Of a DNA stretch of 64,000 nt, positions 1 through 11,751 are shown piece after piece (the first letter of the stretch is position 1; the number at the start of each line of letters is the position of its first letter). Made by a program: the position numbers and the translations under genes. The DNA comes from Lingula anatina (lineage: Eukaryota; Animalia; Brachiopoda), in contig CM120640.1 in assembly GCA_051362555.1 (NCBI GenBank), positions 67,744,788 through 67,808,787 of the forward strand, written 5' to 3'. Under the pieces are notes generated by a model. The model saw only the letters and a program-made list of their open reading frames with translations, searched no databases and had not been told where the DNA came from.

Positions 1-7
1 GAATTGT

Positions 8-25
<18 letters not shown>

Positions 26-84
<59 letters not shown>
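26..84. repeat. (TA)n microsatellite following a poly-A run
   Basis: Directly visible (AT)n run. Confidence 0.95.
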
Positions 85-87
<3 letters not shown>

Positions 88-263
88 GTGGAAGCAACAG
101 ATTTTAAAAGCAGGCTATTGTATTGTATTGTATTCAATAAAAGCACCACAAATGCTATATAGACAATTTTTCCCCATTGAAAAGATAGAGTCATTACTGT
201 TTATACCTCTTTAGAGACAGCAACATGAAAGGATTGAAACAAGTATTGCTGGGAAAATTAACA

Positions 264-1017
264 CTAGGTATATTCACTGTATAAGATCTGGCTATGATGC
301 ATAAAATTCAAAGAAGATAGAAATTCATCCTGGCCATTTGAAGTAAAACTTGAGGTGGCTTTACTAATATTAATGTCTTCATTTACCAAGAACATATTCA
401 TTCTACACGCTAGATACAGAGTCAACAAATAAAGTGGGTGACTACATGTAAAAGAAATATTGTTCATAGATCCTATAAAAAGTAATTGTAAATATTTTAT
501 AAAATATCTTGAGGCATAAAAACCTGAAAACTTTTTTTCTGTTTATTAGAGAATGTACTGTGATGACATGATACATGTCAATGTTATATCCAAGAAATCC
601 TGTCTCTGACTCGGATCAAAATGGAAATTTAATTAGCCTTGGCATCAAATACACTGTATATCAATTGTAAATATAAAATCTGCTTCTGCTCCAAAATTGG
701 AAATTTGAGACTTAAAACTGTGTTAAAACATGCCAGGCGTTAAACCTCACACTGTTAAAAATATGAACATCAAGGATTACAATGACCGCATGTTTTCTGT
801 GTCAGCACATGACTATGACGCATTATTTTTCAGCTAACCGTAAATTGGTGTAAATCGCAAGTGCGTGTTTACATGGTTGACGTGTCAATCGAAATCATTG
901 CGTTAAGTGTTAACAACTTAGTACATGGTTTTGACATTTACCTTGGCTGAAGACAATATGTGAGCTCATCACCATAAACAACGAAAGAATAATCAACATG
1001 GTGTCTTTTTGCCCCAT
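264..1017 (-). CDS. 5' exons of an unidentified secreted or membrane protein gene; probably continues beyond the left edge
   Basis: Exon 1017..942 encodes MGQKDTMLIILSLFMVMSSHIVFSQ (signal-peptide-like) with a GTAAAT donor in phase 1. An AG acceptor before 409 continues in frame as ACRMNMFLVNEDINISKATSSF. There is a possible GTGAAT donor near 277; otherwise TAG at 264. The GC-richer segment at 1060-1190 looks like a promoter. Confidence 0.55.
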
Positions 1018-1089
1018 TTTCTTTCTTTTCCCGGTACCTGTTGTCGAACGAAATAATGTTGTAACAATAACTGGAACGATAGAGGGCGC

Positions 1090-1141
1090 GTCACATGACA
1101 ACCCACGCTGGCGACCTCGAACTGACCTCGTGGTCAGGTCA
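1090..1141. promoter_or_regulatory. Putative promoter elements: E-box/CLEAR-like GTCACATGAC and nuclear-receptor half-sites (TGACCT-N7-AGGTCA)
   Basis: Motifs at 1090-1099, 1123-1128 and 1136-1141, about 70-125 bp upstream of the ATG at 1017. Confidence 0.35.
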
Positions 1142-2812
1142 AGTTAGATAAGCATGCTAACAGCGTGCCATCAGGAGGAATCTAGGCACAGCTTACCTAA
1201 TATAAAAAATACAATATTTAAAGACGGGTGAACTTTCCTTGTTTCGTAACATGGTTAAAGCTGGGAAGGGGGGGGGGGGTCTCACACAATCAAATGCCCC
1301 AACGTGTTTTTTTCCTCAGTAATACTAGAGTAGGGACTTACATGTACATGTATTTAATAATGTTATTAATGAATACATTTCATAACAGGGGTATTTCTGA
1401 AATCATCTCAGAAATACAAAGGATGTGTTTGGTAAGAAATCCAATTCCACCTTAATCCCAAATCTCAGAGGGAGCAGAAATTATGTATTTAGCCTTACAC
1501 TGATGATCTGGATGCATATTGATTACACTTTTAATGTAACATTATTTTTTATATATACATAACATTATTCATTTAGAAATAGAATAAGTCCAAATGCACT
1601 GATTCTTAGCAATACTTCCTTTTTAGCTTTCACCTCTGATATATTCATTTCTGTGCTTATTCTTACCAGTATACGTATACACCCTGTGTACCAGTATTCA
1701 TGTTTTGTTTGAGACACCTTACTGTACCCTGTACATGGAATTGTTATTTTTTCCTACAACAAATGTCACGTATTGCAAACATGATTCCTGTTTTAACCAG
1801 TAGAAGCAGTTTTTTGTTGTCATTTTCATTTATGATACAGACATATGTTTTTAAACTTAAAAACACTTAATTGACAGAATGCTAAAGATGGGTTTTCTCT
1901 GCCTATTTTAATATTAATATTAATATCAAAATATTTACGTCACTTTTTTATGCTAAATGCATGTGTATCACAAACCCATATGCTGTTAATATTGTTTCAC
2001 TTGTTCTACATCCATGCATATGAAAACATATACTAGAATGAAACCCCATTACTTGCAATAGTCAAAATGTAAATGGTTAAATAACAAGTAATTTTATTCT
2101 GTATCAAAATTGTACAAGATCTGTTGTATATACATGAATGTGTCCAAGAAAATTTGTCTCCTCCCTCTCTTTCTCTCTCACATACAATGATACACATACA
2201 CAAAGTGAAGAACCACCAATTCTACACAGCTTAATTAAAGAAAACAAGGCAGCAAAGCTGTCAAATGTACAGACAAAAAACAGAAAATAAAGATGCAAAA
2301 AAGGTCATTTTGTCAATTTTGATGCAATAATAAATAATGCTTATAATAGCACTATCAGTCAACACTGAATTTTAATCATGCACAACAGGTAAAATGGTCA
2401 ATAACATGAGCGGACCTAGAGATATTCTCTGACAGTATTCCAAAGTATCTATTTTGATCCATCCTCCATTTTGATGGTCTTCCAACAAAAGAAAAAATAG
2501 ATACCAGGCAATATAAACTTAATAACCTGACTGTCTTCCGGAAGTCCCAGAAGATGGTCTCAATCTACCCTTTCAATAAGATTACAGTTTCAGGACCATG
2601 AGAGTTCAAATTCACATGATGAAAGTCTAAATATTTGAAAAATGATGACAGTGCATAAAATATTATTACATAAGTAACATAATGTTTAAAGACATAAAAA
2701 AACAATACAACTGCTTATGTGGAAATACAGAAATGTCAGAGTCTCAGGCAGATGAGAGTTAAAAGTCACAAATGCAAGTGTTTGAGAAAAAAATTATAAA
2801 GGAAAACATAAC

Positions 2813-2998
2813 AAAACTAGAAAAGCACTCCGAGAGTGCAGACCTCTGCCAAGGTAGCAATTGTTGATTATTATTGATTTTTGTCCTCTTTGGCCCACTT
2901 CTGACTGTTCCTGAAAATTTCAGCAAAACCGGTCCATAACTTTTTGAGTTATGTTGATGACAAACAGGGGTGAAAATATAACCTCCTTGGCAGAGGTA
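2813..2998 (-). mobile_element. Short non-autonomous Helentron/HINE-like element
   Basis: AAAACTAG terminus, hairpin GCACTC-CGA-GAGTGC, and subterminal inverted repeat ACCTCTGCCAAGG ... CCTTGGCAGAGGT. Confidence 0.65.
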
Positions 2999-3013
2999 AA
3001 TATAATTCCAATG

Positions 3014-3045
3014 AAGCTGCTATTCAAACTTTAAATCTTTCAGTT

Positions 3046-3112
<67 letters not shown>

Positions 3113-5580
3113 CATATTTGCAATCTGCATAATTATCACTGCTTCCTTATTATTAATCTAGCAGAGAGCTTAACCTATGGGAGTTTACAGGGAAATATCA
3201 ACAAGTGTGCTTTGTGTAATCTCAAATCACAAGTGTGCATTATGTAGCCTATCAATTAGGCAAATTACTTTATAACTGAAATTAGCGAAGTGATACCCAA
3301 GGGAAATTTATAGACTGACCCTCTCAAAGGTCTTTCAGGCCCATAAGTCACAACTTAAGAAGAGCACAAAACAATAATGCACAAAATAGGAGACTACCAC
3401 TTCTGATGCAATAATACATTATGTTTAACTGCACAGTCAACATCAAATTTTAATTTTGCACAACAGGTAACACAGACGAAAGTAAAAGCATAAGGCTTCA
3501 GGCCCATCAGAGTTCAAGTTTATACTTAGAAAGTGCCAGAATGAGAAAAATGAAATTTCACACAAAATTGCATTAAATTCAATAATAAATGATAACCCAA
3601 TTGACCTGGCTTTCTAATTTGAACTGCATGCCAATCCTAAAAATCATACTCTCAAGTTAAATATAATAATAAATAACACAGTTTTCTTTTCATAATATTT
3701 GCAGTAGCAGTGCAAAAAGATTATTGTCAATTTTGATGTAACATTACATAATAAATTATAGAATAATTATCACCAACTTTTGATTATTGACTATAAATAG
3801 CATGAACATGTAAAAAATTTGATTACCATCCGGCTTCATGTCCATGGGAGCTCCGAGTCCCACAATGAATATGCCAAAAAGATAATGAATATTTCACTAA
3901 AATGTATAACTTCCAGAAAAAGAAGCCCATTAGACTGCTTTTCCAACTCGGGCTGCATTTTAGTCCTGTGTTTCTTTTTTGAAAGTTTGACAATCATAAG
4001 TAACACGGTTTTCCCATCATGGTCATCATGGCAGATGTGGATGATTGAATCTGACAAACTGCAATGATATGAGTTTATTTCCGTTTTGGACACTTGATTA
4101 CACAATACATGATAACAAGTTTACCATCATTTTTACATAATCAACTAACAATGTTGTAAAGATGCAGGAAATATCAAACAAACACTTTTACCTATCTTAT
4201 TAGTTCAATAATGAGACTGTTAACATGCCTAAGAATTGAATCTGAGGAAATTTGAAAAAACAGTACAACTTCTAAAATAATGGCCCGATAACGCTGATTT
4301 TCGAACTCATCCTGAATTTTTGTAAGATTGACCACTTCTGTGAGTATAATGACAATTGGCTAAGCTGTTTTTCTTATATTGTGTTATAAATGTTGCATAC
4401 ATGTTGAAAAAAGTGAAAAAACAGCATAAAAAATTAAAAGAAAATGTAAAATAAAACATAACAAAAAATACCAACAAAGCTGCTATTCAAACTTTTAATC
4501 TAGCTGTACAATTACTAACATGATATGAATAACCCTATTGAGTTTGAGAATAATAAGGCACTGTTATTCATCTTTAGCATTAATGTAAGCGTTACACAAA
4601 TTTTTTTTTTGTAAACTTATTTTCCATATTAAATAACATTTACCTGCATAATAATCATCGATTCCTAATTATGTGACACAGTTAAGAAAGCTAAACCGAT
4701 GGGACTTTACAATGAAATCTCAATGTGTGTTTATGTAATCTCATTTAATGCCCACTTGAAAATTAATTAAGCAAATTATTTTATAACCCTTAAATAACTT
4801 GAAAATCAATTAAGCAAATTATTTTATAACCCTGAATTAACTGCCTACTATCCATATACATTTATTGCACCAAATAGCACTGTACTGCATTGCTTTCAAA
4901 ACAGAAAACAATTACGATGGTTTTCCAACACAAGCTGCACTTCAGTCTTTTCAGTAAGGTTGATTATCATAAGTAACATGGTTTTCCCTTAATCGCTATC
5001 CTGGCAGCAGTGTCCAAAATAGGGTTTTCTTTAACTTTCATGCAATATAACATAATACTTAAAAACATAATGACCATCATTTTTTAAATAAAAAAATAAA
5101 AGTATCATGGATATTCAGAAAATGTGATATGGAAAGGTCTCCAAGGACATGGAAGTTAGGGTCACACTTTCAAAATGCCAAAATGTTAACAAGAGATAAC
5201 TGTACTGAAATGATTTTCTTTCCATTTTCAACACCTTTTTTACATAAAACCATAATCAATTAACTGTCATTTTTAAATGATCAACTAGGAAAATTGTTGA
5301 CATAGGAATAGTATCAATAGAACAATTTATAATGTCCAATTAGCTCCATTTGGAGATTCTGAACATAGTGAATGATTGAATCTGACGAACTGCAATGATG
5401 AGTTCCTTTCCATTTTTGATACTTTATTACACAATGCACGATAATAGGTTTACTGTCATTTTTATATAATCAACTAACAATATTGTTAAGAAGCAGAAAA
5501 TGTTAAAACAACACTTTTACATATCCAATTAGTTCCGTAATGAGACTGTTAACATGCTTAAGAATTAAATCTGAAGAAAA
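3014..5580. repeat. Diverged local tandem duplication (about 1.3-1.5 kb period)
   Basis: AAGCTGCTATTCAAACTTT at ~3014 and ~4477. The block ATGATTGAATCTGAC...CATGC(C/T)TAAGAATT at ~4042-4250 recurs at ~5372-5580. ATCATAAGTAACA at ~3993 and ~4966. Confidence 0.7.
3048..3107. repeat. (TA)n microsatellite
   Basis: Directly visible. Confidence 0.95.
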
Positions 5581-5589
5581 ACCACTTAT

Positions 5590-6932
5590 ATACAAAAAGG
5601 CTAATAACTTCATCAAAACTTAACTGATCAAGCTTATTTTCAAACTTGATCTGTATACTGGTCAGATTGATCACTCCTGTGAGTTGCAAGACAAAAGGCT
5701 GATTGGTTTTGACCTGCGTATTATAAATATTCACCAGTTCTGTAAATTTCAATCCAAAAGGAAAAACATTTTTACACTTATCATGTTATCGGTGTTATAA
5801 AAGTGCTGAAAAAATTGAAAAAAAAAAAAAAAAAAAAAAAAAGGATAACTTCCATAAAAATTGCCCGATCTTGCTGATTTTCAAACTTGACCTGCGTATT
5901 ATGAATATTCATTAGTTCTGTAAGTTTCAAGCCAAATGAAAAAACAGTTTTCCACTTATTGTGTTATCAGTGCTGCATATATGCTGAATAAAGTGAAAAA
6001 AACAGCATAAATTCCCTAACAATAATCGATTATGCTGATTTTCGAACTCAACCTGCGTTTTAGTTAGTTTGACTACTCCTGTGAGTATAATGACAATTGG
6101 CCTATCTGTTTTTCTTATATTGTGTTATTAGCGTTGCATATATGTTGAAAGAAGTGAAAAAACAGCATAACTTCCCTAAAAATGGCCCGATCATGCTGAT
6201 TTTCGAACTTGACTTGCGTATTATGAATATTTATCAGTTCTGCAAGTTTCAAGCCAAAAGGTAAATTGGTTTTTCACTTATGGTGTTATCGGTGCTGCAT
6301 ATATGCTGAAAAAAGTGAAAAAACAGCATAAAATCCCGAAAAATGCTGATTTTCGAACTTGACCTGTGTATTACGAATATTCATCAGTTCTGTAACTTTC
6401 AAGCCAAAAGGTAAAATGGTTTTTCACTTATCGTGTTATCAGTGCAGCATATATGCTGAAAAAAGTGAAAAAACAGCATAAATTCCCTAAAAATGACCCA
6501 ATCACGCTGATTTTCAAACTTGACCTGCGTATTATGAATATTCATCAGTTCTGTAAGTTTCCAGCCAAAAGGTAAAATGGTTTTCCACTTATCGTGTTAT
6601 CGGTGCTGCATATATGCTGAAAAAACAGCATAAATTCCCTATAAGTGACCCGATCATGCTGATTTTCGAACTTGACCTGCGTATTATGAATATTCATCAG
6701 TTCTGTAAGTTTCAAGCCAAAAGGTAAAATGGTTTTCCACTTATCATGTTATCGGTGCTGCATATATGCTGAAAAAAGTGAAAAAACAGCATAAATTCCC
6801 TATAAGTGACCCGATCATGCTGATTTTCGAACTTGACCTCCGTATTACGAATATTCATCAGTTCTGTAAGTTTCAAGCCAAAAGAAAAAACAGTTTTCCA
6901 CTTATCGTGTTATCGGTAAAAGTGCACGGCGA

Positions 6933-6967
<35 letters not shown>

Positions 6968-7020
6968 ACAGACGCAGATGATGGCTATATGTACAGACAC
7001 ATCTGTGTCTGTACATAAAA
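5590..7020 (-). mobile_element. Helentron-associated (HINE/pearl-like) element with a central ~150-161 bp tandem array
   Basis: GCTGATTTTC(G/A)AACTTGAC recurs at ~6196, 6345, 6506, 6658 and 6819, with more diverged copies from ~5590. The array is followed by a (GACGGC)n microsatellite at 6927-6969, a 13-bp-stem hairpin TATGTACAGACAC-ATCT-GTGTCTGTACATA at 6988-7017, and an A-run. Confidence 0.75.
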
Positions 7021-7236
7021 ATTAATAAAAGGTCCAGACAATATTGTCCACTCGTATAAAAAAATTGAACTATGTGAGAATTACGCTAACATTTTCACAG
7101 TTGAATGTAAGCCTATCTTTGAACAAGAACACAGGAATTACAGTCAATATTTTTTCATAAACATGTCAACTTGAACAGCTGGTCTATTTATTGTCAGTAT
7201 CACAGAGTTTGAAGGATGTCCATCCAAGAACAGTAT

Positions 7237-8285
7237 CTAAAACTCAAATGTGACTTCATTACAGTGTGCGATCTTGATTTCCTTCATTGGTCTCTCATTC
7301 ATGGTTTCTTCTGCCTCCATCTTTTTAAGTGTCTCTGTGCCTTCTATGACTTGACTAAAAACAAATACAACAGTCAGTGTTCAGTGTTATATAATATAGT
7401 ACTTCAAAATATGAAAAATAATAGGAATAGACTTACAGCAAAAAAAAAAAAAAACTGATCTGCCAATCCAATTGACAAAATATGAAAAATTAAGAGTTCA
7501 TTACTCAGAAAGATTCAATCAAATGCTTGAAAGTTGAAAGGCTTCAAAGTTTCCAGTTATTCTTACATTTTTCTCTCTTATCTGATAATTATCCAACTCA
7601 CCCAAAGGCCACATATTTGGTATCCATCCATTTTGCTGGTTGTAATGTGATGTAGAACTGTGAGCCATTTGTGTGTCGACCCTTGTTTGCCATTCCTACC
7701 ATGCCACGCTTGGAATGGGATACAGCAAAGTTCTCATCTGGTTATATACAGAAATTCAAAAATTACCACTTCACAAAGGTGAGATATGTATTAATGCAAC
7801 AATTGTGATTAAAATAAAGTAACTCTACTGGTATGTACAACACTGTACTTCACTTTATAAACAAAAAATTGTAATATTTTCCTCTAAATAGTACATCGTT
7901 TTGTTAATTCTTGCAAGCAAAGTCTATGTAATAATGGCGATCTTTATGAATGAACAACTACGATTATGTACCTTCAAATACGTCTCCATATATTGATTCT
8001 CCACCATCACCTGAGCAAGGTTTCCAGATATCTGTAAAATGGAAAATGCACCATTAAGTTACTGTAAACAAGCCAATGCATTTCAAATTCATTGTTAATT
8101 TAAGTTATTCTAATTAAAATATATTAAAATCTTACCTGTACAAACCGATAAAGCACAGGCTTTGATTTGCTACATGGACCAGTACTACATGTACCTCTAC
8201 CTTCCCCCCCCCCCTTCCCCCAGGACCAACATCAAAGCAGTTACTATATTCATAAATATTTAAAAATGCCATCTTGTATTTTAAT

Positions 8286-8345
<60 letters not shown>

Positions 8346-10246
8346 GATGGTTCCGAAGAAATAAGAAAACTCACCTCCACCCTGAATCCACCCATTTCTC
8401 ACTATCCTGTGAAACAAAATGGATTCATAATGAAGTTTCTGTTCTGATTTTTCTGATGTTCCTTTCTCTCCTGTACAAAGTGCTCTGAAGTTCTCACACG
8501 TCTTGGGCACGATATCTGTGAACAGCTAAATAACAATATGACAATGTATTTAGTGTTTTCTTGAATAACAAATTGTTACTAGAAGAATGTAATACTATAT
8601 ATGCTATTTATAAAGGAATGGGTGGTCTATACTTTGTACTTTCATGGTATTAATAAGCAAGCAAATCACCATAATTACCTCTATAAGCAATCTTCCTGCA
8701 GGCTCTTCATCAATAGTAATATCCATGTACACATACTTGCGCTAAAATAAAACAAAAGTGTAAAAACCTGCTGAAAGTACTTGTTTTCATTCAGCTTAAT
8801 TAAAAGTTCTCATGTAAGTTACATTGCACAAGTTACTAGTGGCATCTACAGAGTACCGTAGTTATATGGTTTGGTGCCAGAATACCAATTACTTTGACTT
8901 TGTAATGGCTTTGCTTTTTTTTTTTTTTAATTAATTTCTCATTTATTTACATTTCTAGCATTGAGGTGTCCCTTGTATGCTTGCTCTGTGATTGCTTCAT
9001 AGAGAGCTTCGGCCCTGAAGTCCTCATAGTTGTAGTGAACCCGAGCCCACTCAATGAAGTCTATGGGTCCTCCAATAAGTTCATTGTTGGCAAATGCTAT
9101 AGCTTTGTCACTGAATACCCAGGTTTCACCTCCCAGTTCCTTGAAAATAAGTATATGATATTGAGATTAAATGAAAAAATATATTAGAATATTATAATTA
9201 ACCATTTTGTATGGGGAGAGTAAATATAGTGGAAAATAATCTTTGTCATCCTTCAAACACTGTAATATGTATTGTTAAGTACTGTAAAATAGACATGAAT
9301 AAAAATATATTCACTTTAAATATAACCATTCAATTTGTATAGCCGTTTATAATTATAATTTTTATTGGCTTATACCTTTCTTTTTTCATCAATAAACATA
9401 TCCCAGTCAAATTCTAACATGCCCACAATTTCTGGTTCATTAAATGTCCTGGGGTCCTTCTTATATAAGTCCTGAAAATATAATATAAATATCACCATAC
9501 AGTTACTACTGTATAGTTATAATGGTTGTTTTTATTATTTGATTTATTAACTATTTATTCATATAATGTTAATTTGTGGTTGATATCCAGTTTATATAAA
9601 CTCAAATCCACTTAAATTTCAGAAAGTGATACATGAAGTCATACAACGATATCGTGAAAAGTGGTTCATTTTACATGTAGTAAGGACCACTAGTACAACT
9701 AGTATTTAAAAAATAATACATTTGGATAGTTTTTTTTAAATATCTTTATAAAGTCTTATATAAAGTTGAATCTAACACATGAAAATAACATTGGTAAACG
9801 AGGGTAATGTATCGAAAACACGGGAGAATCTTGCCTCAATGTCCATCCTTACTCTGACCCATACAATATGTTTTTGCCAGCAACTAAGAATGGAGCAGAG
9901 GAAGACCGAATGATCGATCGATTGAAGTACTGCTAATTAAGTTTGCCTTCATTACTACCTGTATGTCAGAAGGTTCACATACAGCAGCTTAAAACTGTAT
10001 GCTTCAAACTTTTCCTTTACACGTCGGTATAATATATAATGACACATAACCTATAACTGATAAAACATTACATATTATCATTCAACATTTTTCACTCAGT
10101 GCAAGTTCAACAGAGAAAAATGTTTTTATTCATTAATTCATTAATTTAATCTGCTTAAATCTTACCTCTGCACAGCATTTTGAAACATGGAATGTTAAGT
10201 CATTTAACAGTCCACATACAGACAATTTTACAGGCATGCTTGGCAT
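7237..10246 (-). CDS. PPIL6: Peptidyl-prolyl cis-trans isomerase-like 6 (cyclophilin; radial-spoke RSP12 family), 8 exons, ~297 aa
   Basis: Exons 10246-10166, 9471-9376, 9139-8951, 8741-8679, 8525-8375, 8031-7972, 7737-7602 and 7354-7237 are all GT-AG and phase-consistent. Cyclophilin motifs [32 protein letters not shown] and [21 protein letters not shown], plus the PPIL6-type N-terminal domain ([22 protein letters not shown]). Confidence 0.93.
8290..8344. repeat. Poly-A tract (~55 nt) in a PPIL6 intron
   Basis: Directly visible; explains the spurious poly-K and poly-F ORFs. Confidence 0.95.
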
Positions 10247-10319
10247 TTGGTAAAATATTGTTTATCATAGAAACTGACTGGCGACGATCGATAAGGACCG
10301 CACTCGAATGCTCTCCACT

Positions 10320-10360
10320 TTTGATTGGTTCAATAGGTCTCAAACTACTGCGCATGCGTA
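10320..10360 (-). promoter_or_regulatory. PPIL6 proximal promoter: CCAAT box and NRF1-like TGCGCATGCG
   Basis: ATTGG at ~10324 and ACTACTGCGCATGCGT at 10344-10359, ~80-110 bp upstream of the ATG. Confidence 0.5.
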
Positions 10361-10399
10361 AAAAGTACTCTGAAATAAATGAATGGTGAAATTGACAAA

Positions 10400-10637
10400 G
10401 GCTGCGTTCACATGAAAAATCTATTTTCTAAAAATCTAAAAATCTATTTGCGGTATCTTGTGATCACGGTCTGTGTCCTGAATACTCCGCGGCGTAATTA
10501 CTGGCAGCGCCGAGAATTAATTACAGCTTTGGAAGTAACTGGCTCGTGCTGCCCGTGGGGTATTCAGGGCACAGACCGTGATCACAAGATACCGCAAATA
10601 GATTTTTAGAAAATAGATTTTTCATGTAAACGCAGCC
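10400..10637. mobile_element. Palindromic Harbinger-like MITE between PPIL6 and the TNFR-like gene
   Basis: Long TIRs GGCTGCGTTCACATGAAAAATCTATTTTCTAAAAATCTA / TAGATTTTTAGAAAATAGATTTTTCATGTAAACGCAGCC with a 3-bp flanking duplication AAA. A related truncated copy starts at 15197. Confidence 0.85.
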
Positions 10638-10761
10638 AAAGCCTGCCGGTGTTTACCGTCTGGTTGATTTGATTTAATTTGCTATCTGATGTTGTTTTGA
10701 GAAATTATATTAGAAATATTCTGTTGATTGTAGGCCCCTATGTATTAAAAAGCAAATCCAT

Positions 10762-11198
10762 CGGACTTTCCTTAGATTAACATTTATTTTGCCTTCATTG
10801 TAAGGGGGATTCCCTTCGCATTTTTAACTTCGTCTGGTCGCAGAACCAAACAATACGATACAATTTATAATCTCGTAAAAATTGCTATTTTTTTAAATAA
10901 AGCTCATAGCATAGAGTAAATCGAAATGCGACTCGTATATTATTATGATCTTTAATAATAATTAATATAAAATATACGGTTTAATAAGTTCTTGTTTCCG
11001 GCCTATTTATTAGCTTAATTGATTTTTTTAGTATTTGGAGATTAAAAACACAACATAAAAATTGTCTGGTTTCATATCGAGGCACTACGTGTGTGGACGA
11101 TGAGCGTGAATCACAATGATCAAACTTGGTATTTCTGTTATTACCGAAAAAAACCCCGGGATATTTCGGGCAATATACTGCGCAGTGAAAATTTTCCC
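10762..11198 (+). promoter_or_regulatory. Cluster of NF-kB-like sites upstream of the TNFR-like gene
   Basis: CGGACTTTCC 10762-10771, perfect GGGGATTCCC 10805-10814, GGGATATTTC 11158-11167, and GAAAATTTTCCC 11187-11198. Confidence 0.6.
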
Positions 11199-11751
11199 AA
11201 TTCATTGTTTAGTCACACACTTACTTAGTGGTGAATGGCTTTGGTCAGCATAAATTGCAAAGACTGAAGTAGGTCCAGTTTGTCTTGACCAGTCACTGAA
11301 ATTTACCTGATAGGCTGGAGACGAAGTAAGTAGACAAAGCTAGTGAAGTATATGTCAACCTGCCAGTGTTTTAAGAGCAGAAGGGCATTTGATATCTACT
11401 AATAGATCTGTCCAAAAACGCCATTTTCTTTCCAGTCGGACTGGAAAGCTTATATTGGTTATTTTGGGTGTAAATACTTTTTTAAAAAAGTAGAATTTTA
11501 TCGGCTGTAGGGATCTGTATGATACTCCCTACACAGGTTCTGTCAGAAATTGCTTGCCACTGAGGCTAGGAGAGGGAATATATAACAACAAAAGTTTGAA
11601 GTTTTCTTAGATCTTTATTTCTCCCTCTTCTACTGGGTATATTATACTATACAGTTCATGTATATATGTCATGCCCTCTCAGTCTTCCAGTTTCACTTCA
11701 GTATCCCTACAACAAGTTCACACTTACACTTGATATTTGAATATTACAGAT

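Noticed and set aside
264-409. Vague resemblance to a CatSper auxiliary subunit N-terminus
   Set aside because: The similarity is too weak to support without a profile search.
5590-6920. Regular repeats as a possible CRISPR array
   Set aside because: Whole monomers repeat with no unique spacers, the context is eukaryotic, and Helentron-type ends explain them.
8132-8395. Poly-Phe and poly-Lys ORFs
   Set aside because: Artefacts of an intronic poly-A tract.
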